Below are positions 9,126 through 19,881 of a stretch of 64,000 nt of DNA, in pieces. The notes under the pieces were generated by a model. It made no database searches. It had not been told where the DNA came from and saw only the letters and a list, made by a program, of their open reading frames with translations. Source of the stretch: Bacteroidota bacterium (GTDB taxonomy: Bacteria > Bacteroidota > Bacteroidia > Bacteroidales > PUMT01); the NCBI GenBank assembly GCA_003554865.1, contig PWHJ01000001.1:14046-78045 (forward strand), given 5' to 3'. A program made the translations under genes and the position numbers. Numbering within the stretch: position 1 is the stretch's first letter; every line of letters starts with the position of its first letter.

Positions 9126-10893
9126 GGTAACAACCATTATTGCAAACCTGGTGGTTGTCGAAGCAGAAGGACCTGTTTCCCAGAATGAAATCTGTTATGT
9201 TGACAGAGCTGGTGTAAAGTTAATGGCCGAGGTTATTAAGGTTTACGGAAAACAGGCTTTTATACAGGTTTTTGAGGAAACACGCGGTGTGAAGGTAGGC
9301 AGTGAAGTGGAATTTTCGGGAGGTATGCTTGAAGTTACTCTCGGACCGGGTGTTTTGTCAAGGAATTACGACGGACTCCAGCATGACCTTGATAAGATGA
9401 AGGGAGTGTTTTTGCAGAGCGGCGATTATACCGCCCCACTGGATTATGAGAAAGAATGGGATTTCAAGCCCCTTGCCAGTGAGGGTGACAAAGTCTCGGC
9501 AGGCGACTGGCTCGGGGAGGTAACCGAAAACACGATGCCTCATCGTATAATGGTGCCTTTTAAATTCACCGGTTCCTACAAGGTGAAGAGTGTTGTTAAG
9601 GAAGGCAAATATAAAGTTAATGATACCGTTGCCGTGCTGCTTGACTCAAAAGAGAGGGAAGTTCCCGTTACCATGATGCAGAAGTGGCCGGTTAAGGTTC
9701 CGATAACCAATTATACTGAAAAACCGAGGCCTTTTAAGCTGCTGGAGACAGGTATACGTACAATCGATACATTGAACCCCATGGTTGAGGGAGGTACCGG
9801 TTTTATTCCCGGGCCTTTCGGCAGCGGCAAAACGGTGCTTCAGCATGCCATATCCAAGGAGGCCGAAGCTGATATTGTTGTTATTGCAGCCTGCGGTGAA
9901 AGGGCTAACGAGGTTGTGGAGATCTTTGTCGAATTTCCTGAGCTGGAAGACCCCCGTACAGGGCGCAAGCTGATGGAGAGAACAACCATTATTGCCAACA
10001 CGTCAAATATGCCTGTTGCAGCGAGGGAGGCTTCAGTTTACACGGCAATGACCATAGCAGAGTATTACCGTGCAATGGGACTGAAGGTTCTGCTTCTGGC
10101 CGATTCTACTTCACGTTGGGCTCAGGCACTCAGGGAGATGTCGAACCGGATGGAGGAGCTGCCCGGTCCGGATGCCTATCCGATGGATTTGCCGGCAATT
10201 ATATCCAATTTCTACTCACGTGCAGGTTATGTGTACCTTAAAAACGGTGAAACAGGATCCATCACCTTTATAGGAACTGTTTCACCTGCGGGAGGTAACC
10301 TCAAGGAGCCCGTAACGGAGTCGACAAAAAAGACGGCACGCTGCTTTTACGCGCTCTCACAGCAAAGGGCCGACAGCAAGCGTTACCCAGCGATTGACCC
10401 TATCGACAGTTACTCAAAGTATATTGAGTATCCTGAGCTTCAGGACTATTTAAATAATAATATCAGCGAAGACTGGGTTGACAAGGTGATGGAAATTAAA
10501 AACTACCTGATAAGGGGCAAAGAGGCGGCCGAGCAGATCAATATCCTGGGTGACGACGGAGTTCCTGTCGATTATCATATTACATTCTGGAAAAGCGAGG
10601 TAATTGACTTTGTGGTTCTGCAGCAGGACGCTTTTGATGAGATTGACAAGTCATGCCCCATGAACAGGCAGAAATATATGCTCGACAAGGTCCTGGATAT
10701 TTATCATACCGATTTCAAATTTGAATCTTTTGAAGAGGTAAACCCATATTTTAAAAAGATAATCAATGAGTTCAAACAGATGAACTTCTCCGGGTTTGAA
10801 TCGGACGAGTTCAAAAGGCATGAGAAGGAGCTTGAGAAAATAGTGAAAGAAAGAAAAGTTGAGAAGGAAGAAGCTGTTGAGGAGAAAGAATGA
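9097..10893 (+). CDS. atpA: V/A-type ATP synthase subunit A
   Basis: Walker A GPFGSGKT; CGERANE, NTSNMPVAAREAS and DSTSRWAQALRE motifs. Confidence 0.97.
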   Translation: MKEKELTKGKVTTIIANLVVVEAEGPVSQNEICYVDRAGVKLMAEVIKVYGKQAFIQVFEETRGVKVGSEVEFSGGMLEVTLGPGVLSRNYDGLQHDLDKMKGVFLQSGDYTAPLDYEKEWDFKPLASEGDKVSAGDWLGEVTENTMPHRIMVPFKFTGSYKVKSVVKEGKYKVNDTVAVLLDSKEREVPVTMMQKWPVKVPITNYTEKPRPFKLLETGIRTIDTLNPMVEGGTGFIPGPFGSGKTVLQHAISKEAEADIVVIAACGERANEVVEIFVEFPELEDPRTGRKLMERTTIIANTSNMPVAAREASVYTAMTIAEYYRAMGLKVLLLADSTSRWAQALREMSNRMEELPGPDAYPMDLPAIISNFYSRAGYVYLKNGETGSITFIGTVSPAGGNLKEPVTESTKKTARCFYALSQQRADSKRYPAIDPIDSYSKYIEYPELQDYLNNNISEDWVDKVMEIKNYLIRGKEAAEQINILGDDGVPVDYHITFWKSEVIDFVVLQQDAFDEIDKSCPMNRQKYMLDKVLDIYHTDFKFESFEEVNPYFKKIINEFKQMNFSGFESDEFKRHEKELEKIVKERKVEKEEAVEEKE

Positions 10894-10950
10894 TAAGCAA
10901 GGCAGCTTTAAGAAGAGACGGAAATTTTAATCAATCAAGAAAATTAACCG

Positions 10951-12279
10951 ATGGAAACAAAAGCATTTCAGAAGGTATACACAAAAATAACCCAGATAAC
11001 CAAGGCAACATGTTCATTGAATGCTGAAGGCGTTGGTTATGGTGAGCTGGCTTCGGTCAGCGGACGCCTTGCACAGGTTGTAAAAATTGAAGGCGAAAAT
11101 ATTACCCTTCAGGTTTTCGGTGGTACAGAGGGTGTTCCCACAAATGCCGAAGTTGTTTTTTACGGCAGGCCACCTACTATAAAAGTTGGAGAAGAGCTGT
11201 CAGGAAGGTTTTTTAATGCTTTTGGTGAGCCGATCGACGGCGGGCCCGAAGTAGAAGGAGAGGAACGCGAAATAGGCGGGCCGTCGGTGAACCCTGTTCG
11301 CCGGAAGCAGCCTTCGGAGCTGATCGCAACCGGTATAGCCGGGATAGACCTTAACAACACCCTTGTAACGGGTCAGAAAATCCCCTTTTTTGCCGACCCG
11401 GACCAGCCTTACAACCAGGTAATGGCTATGGTTGCACTGCGTGCAAAAGCCGACAAGATCATACTTGCCGGAATGGGCCTGACAAATGACGATTATCTCT
11501 ATTATAAAAATGTTTTCGACAATGCAGGTGCACTCGACAGGATAATCAGCTTTGTGAACACAACTGAAGGTCCGCCGGTAGAGCGCCTTCTGGTTCCGGA
11601 TATGGCCCTGGCGGCAGCCGAATATTTTGCTGTTGACAAGAATCAGAGCGTGCTTGTTCTGCTTACCGATATGACTCTTTATGCAGACGCTCTAAGTATC
11701 GTCTCGAACCGGATGGACCAGATACCTTCCAAGGACAGTATGCCCGGATCGCTTTATTCGGATCTGGCAAGGATCTATGAAAAAGCGGTTCAGTTCCCTG
11801 ATGGGGGATCTATCACCATTGTTGCCGTAACAACACTTTCCGGAGGCGATATTACACATGCCATACCCGATAATACAGGATATATAACCGAAGGGCAGCT
11901 GTTTTTGAGACACGATACCGATATCGGAAAGGTGATCGTTGATCCTTTCCGTAGCCTGTCAAGGCTCAAGCAGTTGGTGATCGGAAAGAAAACCCGCGAG
12001 GATCACCCGCAGGTTATGAATGCGGCCGTGAGACTAAATGCCGATGCCGTAAATGCCCGCACCAAGCTTGAAAACGGTTTTGATCTTACCGAATACGACG
12101 AGCGTACACTTGGATTTGCCAAGGAGTACTCAAGGGAGCTGCTTGCAATTGATGTTAATATTGATGTCGATTCAATGCTTGATACGGGATGGAAATTGTT
12201 TGCCAAATATTTCAATAAGCCGGAAGTTGGCATACGTGAGGAGATGATAGAAAAATACTGGCCGAAAGAAGAGGAATAA
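10951..12279 (+). CDS. atpB: V/A-type ATP synthase subunit B
   Basis: GQKIPFF, PGSLYSDLA.IYEKA, HAIPDNTGYITEGQ and SLSRL motifs. Confidence 0.97.
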   Translation: METKAFQKVYTKITQITKATCSLNAEGVGYGELASVSGRLAQVVKIEGENITLQVFGGTEGVPTNAEVVFYGRPPTIKVGEELSGRFFNAFGEPIDGGPEVEGEEREIGGPSVNPVRRKQPSELIATGIAGIDLNNTLVTGQKIPFFADPDQPYNQVMAMVALRAKADKIILAGMGLTNDDYLYYKNVFDNAGALDRIISFVNTTEGPPVERLLVPDMALAAAEYFAVDKNQSVLVLLTDMTLYADALSIVSNRMDQIPSKDSMPGSLYSDLARIYEKAVQFPDGGSITIVAVTTLSGGDITHAIPDNTGYITEGQLFLRHDTDIGKVIVDPFRSLSRLKQLVIGKKTREDHPQVMNAAVRLNADAVNARTKLENGFDLTEYDERTLGFAKEYSRELLAIDVNIDVDSMLDTGWKLFAKYFNKPEVGIREEMIEKYWPKEEE

Positions 12280-12324
12280 TACAGTGAGAAGGGAAAGGAA
12301 AATTGATAAATAAACGCTAAGACA

Positions 12325-12921
12325 ATGGCAATTAAATTCCAGTATAATAAAACCTCACTGCAGCGACTTGAGAAACAGTTAAGTATAAGGGTCAAGGCGC
12401 TTCCTACAATTAAGAACAAGGAGGCGGCTCTTCGCATGGAGGTTAAAAAGGCGAAGGACAAGGCTGAAGAGCTTGACAGGAAGGTCGGGGAGAAGATGAA
12501 GGAGTATGAGCATATGATGCGCCTGTGGTGTGAGTTTGATCCCGGTATTGTCAGCATTAAAAAGGTCGAGTCCTCAGCCAAAAAAATAGCCGGTGTTTTA
12601 ACACCCGTTCTTGAGGGTATTGAATTTGAAATTAAGGATTTCAGCCTGTTCAATAAACCCGATTGGTTCCTTGACGGCATAGAGATCCTTAAAGAGCTTT
12701 CAAAACTGGTGATGGAGCGTGATTTTTTCATACGAAAAATGAAAATACTTGTTTATGCAAGGAAAAAGACCACGCAAAAGGTGAACTTATATGAAAAAGT
12801 TCAGATCCCGGCTTATGAAGATGCTATAAGAAAAGTGAAACGTTTTCTGGAGGATGAAGAAAACCTTTCAAAATCCGCCCAGAAAATTGTTAAAAAACGT
12901 CAGCAGGAGGTAGCACTATGA
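12325..12921 (+). CDS. atpD: V/A-type ATP synthase subunit D
   Basis: ALPTIKNKE and KTTQKVNLYEKVQIP motifs; operon position. Confidence 0.93.
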   Translation: MAIKFQYNKTSLQRLEKQLSIRVKALPTIKNKEAALRMEVKKAKDKAEELDRKVGEKMKEYEHMMRLWCEFDPGIVSIKKVESSAKKIAGVLTPVLEGIEFEIKDFSLFNKPDWFLDGIEILKELSKLVMERDFFIRKMKILVYARKKTTQKVNLYEKVQIPAYEDAIRKVKRFLEDEENLSKSAQKIVKKRQQEVAL

Positions 12922-14744
12922 TAACTCCCATGAAAAAATATTCATTCCTTGTATACCATCAGGAATATGAGGAGTTTCTTGAAAAGCTCAAGGAAATCGG
13001 TGTGCTTCATGTTATAGAGAAAAAAACGGAATTGCCCGAAGATATAAGAGAGCAATATCAGTATATTGACCAGGTTGAAAAATGCATAAAGTTCCTGAAA
13101 AAACGGGAGATTGAGCCTGAAGAGGGCTCCAGTGAGCAAAACGGGGAGGAGTTGTTCAATGAAATAACCTCTTTGCAGCAGGAAGAGGAACAAAAGAAAC
13201 ATTCTCTTAAAGCTTTGCAGAAGGAGATCAATGAGCTCTGGAACTGGGGGGACTTTTCTCTTGATGTAATTGAAAAGCTTGAGGCGAACGGTTTAAATGT
13301 GCGTTTTTTTATAGCACCCTCAAGACAATTTGATCCTAAATGGCATCATGAATATACTCTTGAAGAAATAAGCGCCGAGGCAGGCAATATTTATTTTGTG
13401 GTAATACAAAAGGAAGATGAACAGATAGATATTGAAGCCGAAGAGGTTAAAAAACCCAAAAAAACTCTTTCGCAGCTTATTGAATCCAAAAAGGAGATTG
13501 AACAAAGCATTGAGCAAACAGGGAAGCGTTTTGACCAGCTTGCAAAAACCGCTGTTCCCGCTCTGGAAAGATACAAGACCTCCCTTATTGAAAATCTCGA
13601 AGACAGGAAAACAAAATTCAACACCTCGAGCGAGGCGGAGGACAAGCTCAGGGTAATTGAAGGGTGGGTTCCCGAAGAAAAGGAGGAGGAAATAAATAAG
13701 TACCTGGATGAAACGGGTGCGGTTTATATTGTATCCACTCCTTCTGGGGAGGAGGTAAAAAAAGTTCCGATCCAGCTTAAAAACAAAAAATTTCCGGAGA
13801 AATTTGAGGTGCTCAGCGAGCTTTATTCACTCCCCAAGTATACCGAGCTGGATATGACTCCGTTTTTCGCCCCCTTTTATGCGCTGTTTTTCGGTTTCTG
13901 TCTTGGTGATGCAGGTTATGGCATACTTATGGCCATAGCGGCCCAGGTGGGGAGGATGAAAATGAAAAAGGAGATGAAAAAGGTTATGGGCCTTGTTTTT
14001 TATCTTGGAATTGCCACCCTGTTTTTCGGATTGCTTACAGGTACGGTGTTCGGGGTGGACCTTTATGCATATGATCTCCCTTTTTATGCATCTGTGAATG
14101 AATATATAGAAGCCCACGGATATGAGGATGTCAACTATGTCCTGTTTTACCTTTCACTTATATTGGGAGGTATACAGATACTTTTCGGTATGGTGCTAAA
14201 GGCTGTAAACGAGATAATGCAGTTTGGGTGGAAGTTTGCAGTAGGTACGTTAGGCTGGATTATTCTGGTGGTTGGAATGGTTGCAATATACGCTGTTAAT
14301 GAGTTTGCCGCGGTACCAATGGAAACTCTCACACCTGCAATCTACACTGTTCTGATAGTCGCAGGACTTATGATACTTTTCCTGAACAACCTGAACAGGA
14401 ATGTGATGGTAAACTTCGGTCTGGGCCTGTGGAACACTTATCAAACTGTAACGGGCTTAATAGGAGACCTTCTCTCGTATATTCGTCTTTTTGCACTTGG
14501 TGTATCGAGTGCGATACTCGGCTATGTGTTTAATAGCCTTGCCGTTGCAATGAGCGGCAGCATCCCGGTTTTGAGCATACTCATCATGGTTGTCATACTT
14601 GTTATAGGACACAGTATAAACCTGTTTATGTCTGGACTGGGTGCGTTTGTTCACCCCTTACGCCTCACTTTCGTAGAATTTTACAGAAATGCTGGATTTG
14701 CAGGAGGCGGAAAGCCATATAACCCTTACAGAAAATTAATTTAA
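12918..14744 (+). CDS. atpI: V/A-type ATP synthase subunit I (a)
   Basis: Soluble N-terminus then TM domain with GDAGYG, SYIRLFALG (essential Arg) and HPLRLTFVEF. Confidence 0.95.
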   Translation: MITPMKKYSFLVYHQEYEEFLEKLKEIGVLHVIEKKTELPEDIREQYQYIDQVEKCIKFLKKREIEPEEGSSEQNGEELFNEITSLQQEEEQKKHSLKALQKEINELWNWGDFSLDVIEKLEANGLNVRFFIAPSRQFDPKWHHEYTLEEISAEAGNIYFVVIQKEDEQIDIEAEEVKKPKKTLSQLIESKKEIEQSIEQTGKRFDQLAKTAVPALERYKTSLIENLEDRKTKFNTSSEAEDKLRVIEGWVPEEKEEEINKYLDETGAVYIVSTPSGEEVKKVPIQLKNKKFPEKFEVLSELYSLPKYTELDMTPFFAPFYALFFGFCLGDAGYGILMAIAAQVGRMKMKKEMKKVMGLVFYLGIATLFFGLLTGTVFGVDLYAYDLPFYASVNEYIEAHGYEDVNYVLFYLSLILGGIQILFGMVLKAVNEIMQFGWKFAVGTLGWIILVVGMVAIYAVNEFAAVPMETLTPAIYTVLIVAGLMILFLNNLNRNVMVNFGLGLWNTYQTVTGLIGDLLSYIRLFALGVSSAILGYVFNSLAVAMSGSIPVLSILIMVVILVIGHSINLFMSGLGAFVHPLRLTFVEFYRNAGFAGGGKPYNPYRKLI

Positions 14745-14749
14745 ATTAA

Positions 14750-15226
<477 letters not shown>

Positions 15227-15251
15227 AAAATATCAGCCGGAAATAGATTTT

Positions 15252-15300
15252 AAAGCCTGCGGTTCTCGCCTCACCGGAGAAAGTTGCAGGCTTTCTTTAT
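15252..15300 (+). terminator. Intrinsic terminator after V-ATPase operon
   Basis: AAAGCCTGC (15252-15260) pairs with GCAGGCTTT (15286-15294), followed by CTTTAT. Confidence 0.6.
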
Positions 15301-15336
15301 TAAATATGGATGAGCATGAACAATCCTTAATAGGCA

Positions 15337-18273
15337 ATGAGACAAAAGAGTCTGTTAGCGGGTTTTAATTCTTTGCCGGAGTCGTTACGCAGCAGTTTTG
15401 ATTTCACTCATGTTAAACGGCTTATTTATGCAACTGATGCGTCGGTTTACAGGGAAGTACCGATGGCTGTCTGTACACCCCGTAACGTTGAAGATGTAGC
15501 TGAACTTGTCAGGTTTGCCTCTGCAGCTGGTTTGCCGGTAATCCCACGCGGGGCGGGGACATCCCTTGCGGGTCAGGTTGTGGGAAACGGGATTGTGGCT
15601 GATATTTCAAGGTATATGAACTCAATACTTGAGGTAAACAGCCGCGAAAAATGGGCAAGGGTGCAGCCCGGTGTTGTACTGGATGATCTTAACCGCCATT
15701 TAAGTCAATACGGACTTTTTTTTGGTCCGGAAACATCATCGGCCAACCGCTGTGTTATAGGAGGTATGGCAGGCAACAATGCCTGTGGCTCCCGTTCGCT
15801 TGTTTACGGAACCACCAGGGATCATGTTATAAGCCTGAAAGCTGTGCTCAGTGACGGCAGCCGGGTTGAATTCCGTCCCCTTACCGCCCCGGAGTTTGAA
15901 CAAAAATGTAACCTTGATTCGCTTGAAGGTGAAATATACAGGCAAACCAGAGATATGCTCTCAAGCCCTTCTGTCAGGGATGAGATCAGGAAAGAATACC
16001 CCGATCCCTCAATTAAAAGGAGAAATTCCGGTTATGCGCTTGACTTGCTGATTGATTCGCAGCCTTTTTTAGAAGGGGGAGAGAAATTTAATTTTTCCCG
16101 CATCATTTGCGGATCAGAGGGGACCTTGGCTTTTGTGACCGAAATAAAGATTAACCTGGTTTCCCTTCCTCCGCCTGAAAAAGTGGTGATGTGCATTCAC
16201 CTGAAGAGTATAGAGGAGGCGTTTTATGCGAACCTTGTTGCCCTCAGATTCAGACCCGATGCAGTTGAAATGATGGATGAGATAATACTCTCATGTACTG
16301 CCGGCAATATTGAACAGAAAAAGAACAGGTTTTTTATCAAAGGAGATCCTTCTGCACTGCTTATTGTGGAATTTACCGCGTCAACGCGCAAGGAGCTTAA
16401 GGAGAAAACAGCCTCTCTTGAAAAACAGATGCGCAGCGAAGGGTATGGTTACCATTTTCCCCTGGTTTTCGGCGAGGATATTAAAAGGGTCTGGAATCTT
16501 AGAAAAGCCGCTCTCGGGTTATTGTCTAACCTGCCCGGAGATTCACGGCCGGTCTCCGTTATAGAGGATACCGCGGTTGACGTTAATAAGCTGCCCGGCT
16601 ATGTTTCAGAGTTTCGCAATATTCTTTCCTCTTATGGTAAAAGGTGTGTGTTTTATGCCCATATAGGCTCGGGTGAGCTGCATCTGCGACCTGTTCTTAA
16701 CCTCAAGGACAGTGAAGATGTTTCAGTATTCAGAAAGCTGGCAAGAGATGTTGCCTTGCTGGTAAAAAAATACGGGGGGTCGTTAAGTGGTGAGCACGGG
16801 GACGGCAGGTTGCGGGGAGAGTTTCTTCCACTTGTACTGGGAAAAAATAACTATGAGCTGCTTTGCAGGGTAAAGCGGTGCTGGGACCCGGAAAATGTGT
16901 TCAACCCCGGAAAAATAACAGGCACTGTACCGATGGATACAAACCTGCGTTATCAGCCGGGATGGTCACACAAAGAGCCTGCTACAGTTTTTGACTTTAC
17001 CTCTACTGCAGGCATTCTTCGTGCGGCCGAGAAATGCAGTGGTTCGGGCGACTGCAGGAAATCGCCCGGTGCTAAAGGAGTTATGTGCCCCAGTTACATG
17101 GCCACCGGTGATGAATATAGCACTGCAAGGGCAAGGGCAAATATACTAAGGGAGTATTTAACAAATTCGGATAAAAAAAACAGGTTTGATCACATTGAGA
17201 TACTGGAGGTCTTGGATTTTTGTCTCATGTGTAAGGGGTGCAAAACTGAATGCCCCGGCAGTGTGGATATTGCAAAATTAAAAAGCGAATTCCTTCAGCA
17301 TTATTACGATGCCAACGGGATTCCTTTGCGGGTGAGAATGATTGCAAATATTGTTTTTTTCAACCGCCTGGGCTCGCTTTGGCCGGGGGGCTACAATTTT
17401 TTTCTGAAGAACCCTCTTTTTTCTTATCTTCTGAAAAAGATGGCTGGTTTCGCCCCTCAAAGAAACTTTCCCTCACTTCATGAGACCACCCTGAGAAATT
17501 GGGCACACTCAAACCCTTTTGAGCTTACTCCCGCGGAGCCGAAAGGTAGTGTCATACTTTTTACCGATGAGTTCACCGATTATAATGATACCCTTCTGGG
17601 CATTTCAGCTGTCAGGTTGCTTGTTCGTCTTGGATACACTGTACGGTTAGTATCCCATCTTCAAAGCGGCAGAGTGCTTATATCCAAAGGATTGCTCAGA
17701 AAGGCCCGCAAAAAGGCTCGTTTCAATATTATGGCTTTAAATAAAGCTTCAGGTGGAAAATTACCTGTTGTCGGTATAGAGCCTTCGGCAATTCTGACCC
17801 TGCGTGACGAGTATCCTGAGCTGGCAGGGGAGGAGCTTGAAGAAAGTGCCCTGAGGCTTGCAAATTCTTCATTTATGATAGAGGAGTTTATAAATATGGA
17901 AATGGAAAAAGGGAAGATAACCAAAGAAGAGTTTACAAGTAAGCCTGCAAAAATATACCTGCATGGGCACTGCCAGCAAAAAGCGGTGTCATCAACAGCA
18001 CCTTCCCTCAAGATATTATCTTTTCCTGAAAATTTCAGTGCACAGGAGATCCCCTCCGGCTGTTGCGGGATGGGCGGAGCTTTTGGCTATGAAAAAGAGC
18101 ATTACGAGCTTTCTTTTAAAATTGGGGAGTTGGTACTTTTTCCGGAGATACGTTCCCTTCCCGAAGATGCTGTAATAGCTGCCCCGGGTACAAGCTGCAG
18201 GAGCCATATATTTGACGGAACTTCACGAAAAGCTTTGCACCCGGCGGAAATCCTGCACAGGGCGCTTTTGTGA
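15337..18273 (+). CDS. FAD-binding and Fe-S-binding oxidoreductase (GlcD/YdiJ-like 2-hydroxyacid dehydrogenase with CCG domains)
   Basis: PRGAGTSLAGQ FAD motif, GSEGTL, GEHGDG, CxxxGxC and CxxCxxCxxxCP clusters, HGHCQQ and CCGMGG CCG motifs. Confidence 0.88.
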   Translation: MRQKSLLAGFNSLPESLRSSFDFTHVKRLIYATDASVYREVPMAVCTPRNVEDVAELVRFASAAGLPVIPRGAGTSLAGQVVGNGIVADISRYMNSILEVNSREKWARVQPGVVLDDLNRHLSQYGLFFGPETSSANRCVIGGMAGNNACGSRSLVYGTTRDHVISLKAVLSDGSRVEFRPLTAPEFEQKCNLDSLEGEIYRQTRDMLSSPSVRDEIRKEYPDPSIKRRNSGYALDLLIDSQPFLEGGEKFNFSRIICGSEGTLAFVTEIKINLVSLPPPEKVVMCIHLKSIEEAFYANLVALRFRPDAVEMMDEIILSCTAGNIEQKKNRFFIKGDPSALLIVEFTASTRKELKEKTASLEKQMRSEGYGYHFPLVFGEDIKRVWNLRKAALGLLSNLPGDSRPVSVIEDTAVDVNKLPGYVSEFRNILSSYGKRCVFYAHIGSGELHLRPVLNLKDSEDVSVFRKLARDVALLVKKYGGSLSGEHGDGRLRGEFLPLVLGKNNYELLCRVKRCWDPENVFNPGKITGTVPMDTNLRYQPGWSHKEPATVFDFTSTAGILRAAEKCSGSGDCRKSPGAKGVMCPSYMATGDEYSTARARANILREYLTNSDKKNRFDHIEILEVLDFCLMCKGCKTECPGSVDIAKLKSEFLQHYYDANGIPLRVRMIANIVFFNRLGSLWPGGYNFFLKNPLFSYLLKKMAGFAPQRNFPSLHETTLRNWAHSNPFELTPAEPKGSVILFTDEFTDYNDTLLGISAVRLLVRLGYTVRLVSHLQSGRVLISKGLLRKARKKARFNIMALNKASGGKLPVVGIEPSAILTLRDEYPELAGEELEESALRLANSSFMIEEFINMEMEKGKITKEEFTSKPAKIYLHGHCQQKAVSSTAPSLKILSFPENFSAQEIPSGCCGMGGAFGYEKEHYELSFKIGELVLFPEIRSLPEDAVIAAPGTSCRSHIFDGTSRKALHPAEILHRALL

Positions 18274-18325
18274 CCTTCGGCAAAACCGGGATTCAGGGTT
18301 AGAGTTGCCCGGATTACTAAAATCA

Positions 18326-18356
18326 TTTGCTTTTGAGCGGGTAAATATTAGATTTG
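18326..18356 (+). promoter_or_regulatory. Bacteroidota sigmaA promoter for the SSS / CoA-transferase / OFOR operon
   Basis: TTTG (18326-18329), 19-nt spacer, TAGATTTG (18349-18356): canonical -33/-7 arrangement. Confidence 0.65.
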
Positions 18357-18385
18357 CAAAAGTTATATAATATACTGATAAAAAA

Positions 18386-19852
18386 ATGAACATTTATCTT
18401 ACTGTTATACTTGGTTATTTTCTGTTTGTAATTCTTATTTCTCTTTTTACCAGAAAGCTTGCAAGCCGTTCTTCGGTCGATTTTCTGATTGCAGGGCGAA
18501 ATCTGGGGATTATTGCCTGCGCCGTTGTTGTTGCTTCCGAATGGCTGGGGGGTATGAGTACTATAGGTGTCAGTGAGAATGCATTCAATTCGGGAACAAT
18601 GCAGCCGATCCTCTACAATATTTCCACCGCCCTAGGGATGATAATTATCGGGTTTACCGTTGCACGCAAATACAGGGAAAAAAACGTGCATACAGTGAGT
18701 GAGATGCTTGAGCATCTTTTCGGCAGACGAACCAAAAGTGTCTCAGCTGTGGCATTTTTGCTTGCATATCTGACACTCTCGTATGTGCAGCTGCAAACGT
18801 GCGCATCAGTTATTGCCCCCCTTTTCGATATTAGCTGGCTGTATGCAGTTCTTATTTCAGCCGCTATTATAACAATTTATACATATGTGGGGGGGATGCA
18901 TGCACTGGCCATTACCGGAATTATTCATGTTGTTGCCATGTTTACCGGAATCGGTATTGCGCTGATTATAGGCCTTGACAAAATAAACGGATTTGAATCC
19001 CTTTCTCAAAATCTTGTGGAGCTTGGCTCTCCCGCAAACTGGTACAACCCTTTCAGCGGCGACTTTTCCTATGCCGTCAGTCTGGTTGTAGGGGGAGTGC
19101 TTGGAGGTATGGCCGGACAGGCAAGTATACAACCAATATTTGCTGCAAAGAGTGCCTCCACGGCCAAACGCTCCGCCATTTTATCAAGTCTCATTATTGC
19201 TCCCTTTGGTATTATGGTTGCCATTTTGGGGCTTATCGCAAGCACCGGTATGTTTTTCCCCGTTGAAGGCCCGCAGAGCCCTCTGTGGAACGAACTGACA
19301 GAATCGATCAATGCCAAGATGGTGCTTCCGGCACTTATGACAACACCGGAGTTTATTCATCCGGTTTTGGGCGGACTGGCACTGGCCGGTACACTTGCTG
19401 CCATATTGTCGACCGTTGGGCCTGTGAACTTTGCAGTAGTAACGATAGCAACCAAGGATATTTACCATGGCCTGATCAACAAGTCGGCCGTTGACCAAAA
19501 AGTTGTGTCAACCGCACGCAGGCTTGTTATTCTGGTCAATCTGGTAGTTGTTCCCCTTGCTATTCTGGTACAAAGGGAAGTACTAGATGCGGCGTATATT
19601 TCTTATGCCATAAGGGCGATAGGGGCCATAGTTATAATGCTGGGCATCTATTTAAGAAGCTGGATATCCTCCGATGCTGTTCGCTTTGCCTTTGCCGTTG
19701 GCACAATTGCCATACTTATAAGCATTATAGGAAAAGAGGCCGGCTGGTTTGCAGTAGAAGACACCTATGTGGGTGTGGGCTCGGCCGTTATACTTATTAT
19801 ACTGGGCAACATATGGTCGCGTCTTAAAAAGAGGAATACCCAAATAGAGTGA
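18386..19852 (+). CDS. Sodium:solute symporter (SSS) family transporter
   Basis: About 13 TM helices; DFLIAGRNLG, YTYVGG and LAAILST motifs. Confidence 0.9.
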   Translation: MNIYLTVILGYFLFVILISLFTRKLASRSSVDFLIAGRNLGIIACAVVVASEWLGGMSTIGVSENAFNSGTMQPILYNISTALGMIIIGFTVARKYREKNVHTVSEMLEHLFGRRTKSVSAVAFLLAYLTLSYVQLQTCASVIAPLFDISWLYAVLISAAIITIYTYVGGMHALAITGIIHVVAMFTGIGIALIIGLDKINGFESLSQNLVELGSPANWYNPFSGDFSYAVSLVVGGVLGGMAGQASIQPIFAAKSASTAKRSAILSSLIIAPFGIMVAILGLIASTGMFFPVEGPQSPLWNELTESINAKMVLPALMTTPEFIHPVLGGLALAGTLAAILSTVGPVNFAVVTIATKDIYHGLINKSAVDQKVVSTARRLVILVNLVVVPLAILVQREVLDAAYISYAIRAIGAIVIMLGIYLRSWISSDAVRFAFAVGTIAILISIIGKEAGWFAVEDTYVGVGSAVILIILGNIWSRLKKRNTQIE

Positions 19853-19881
19853 TCCTAATTGTAAAGGTTAACTGATTTATT

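Noticed and set aside
12003-12731. 242-aa minus-strand ORF across V-ATPase B and D
   Set aside because: Ser/Phe-rich antisense translation of conserved genes
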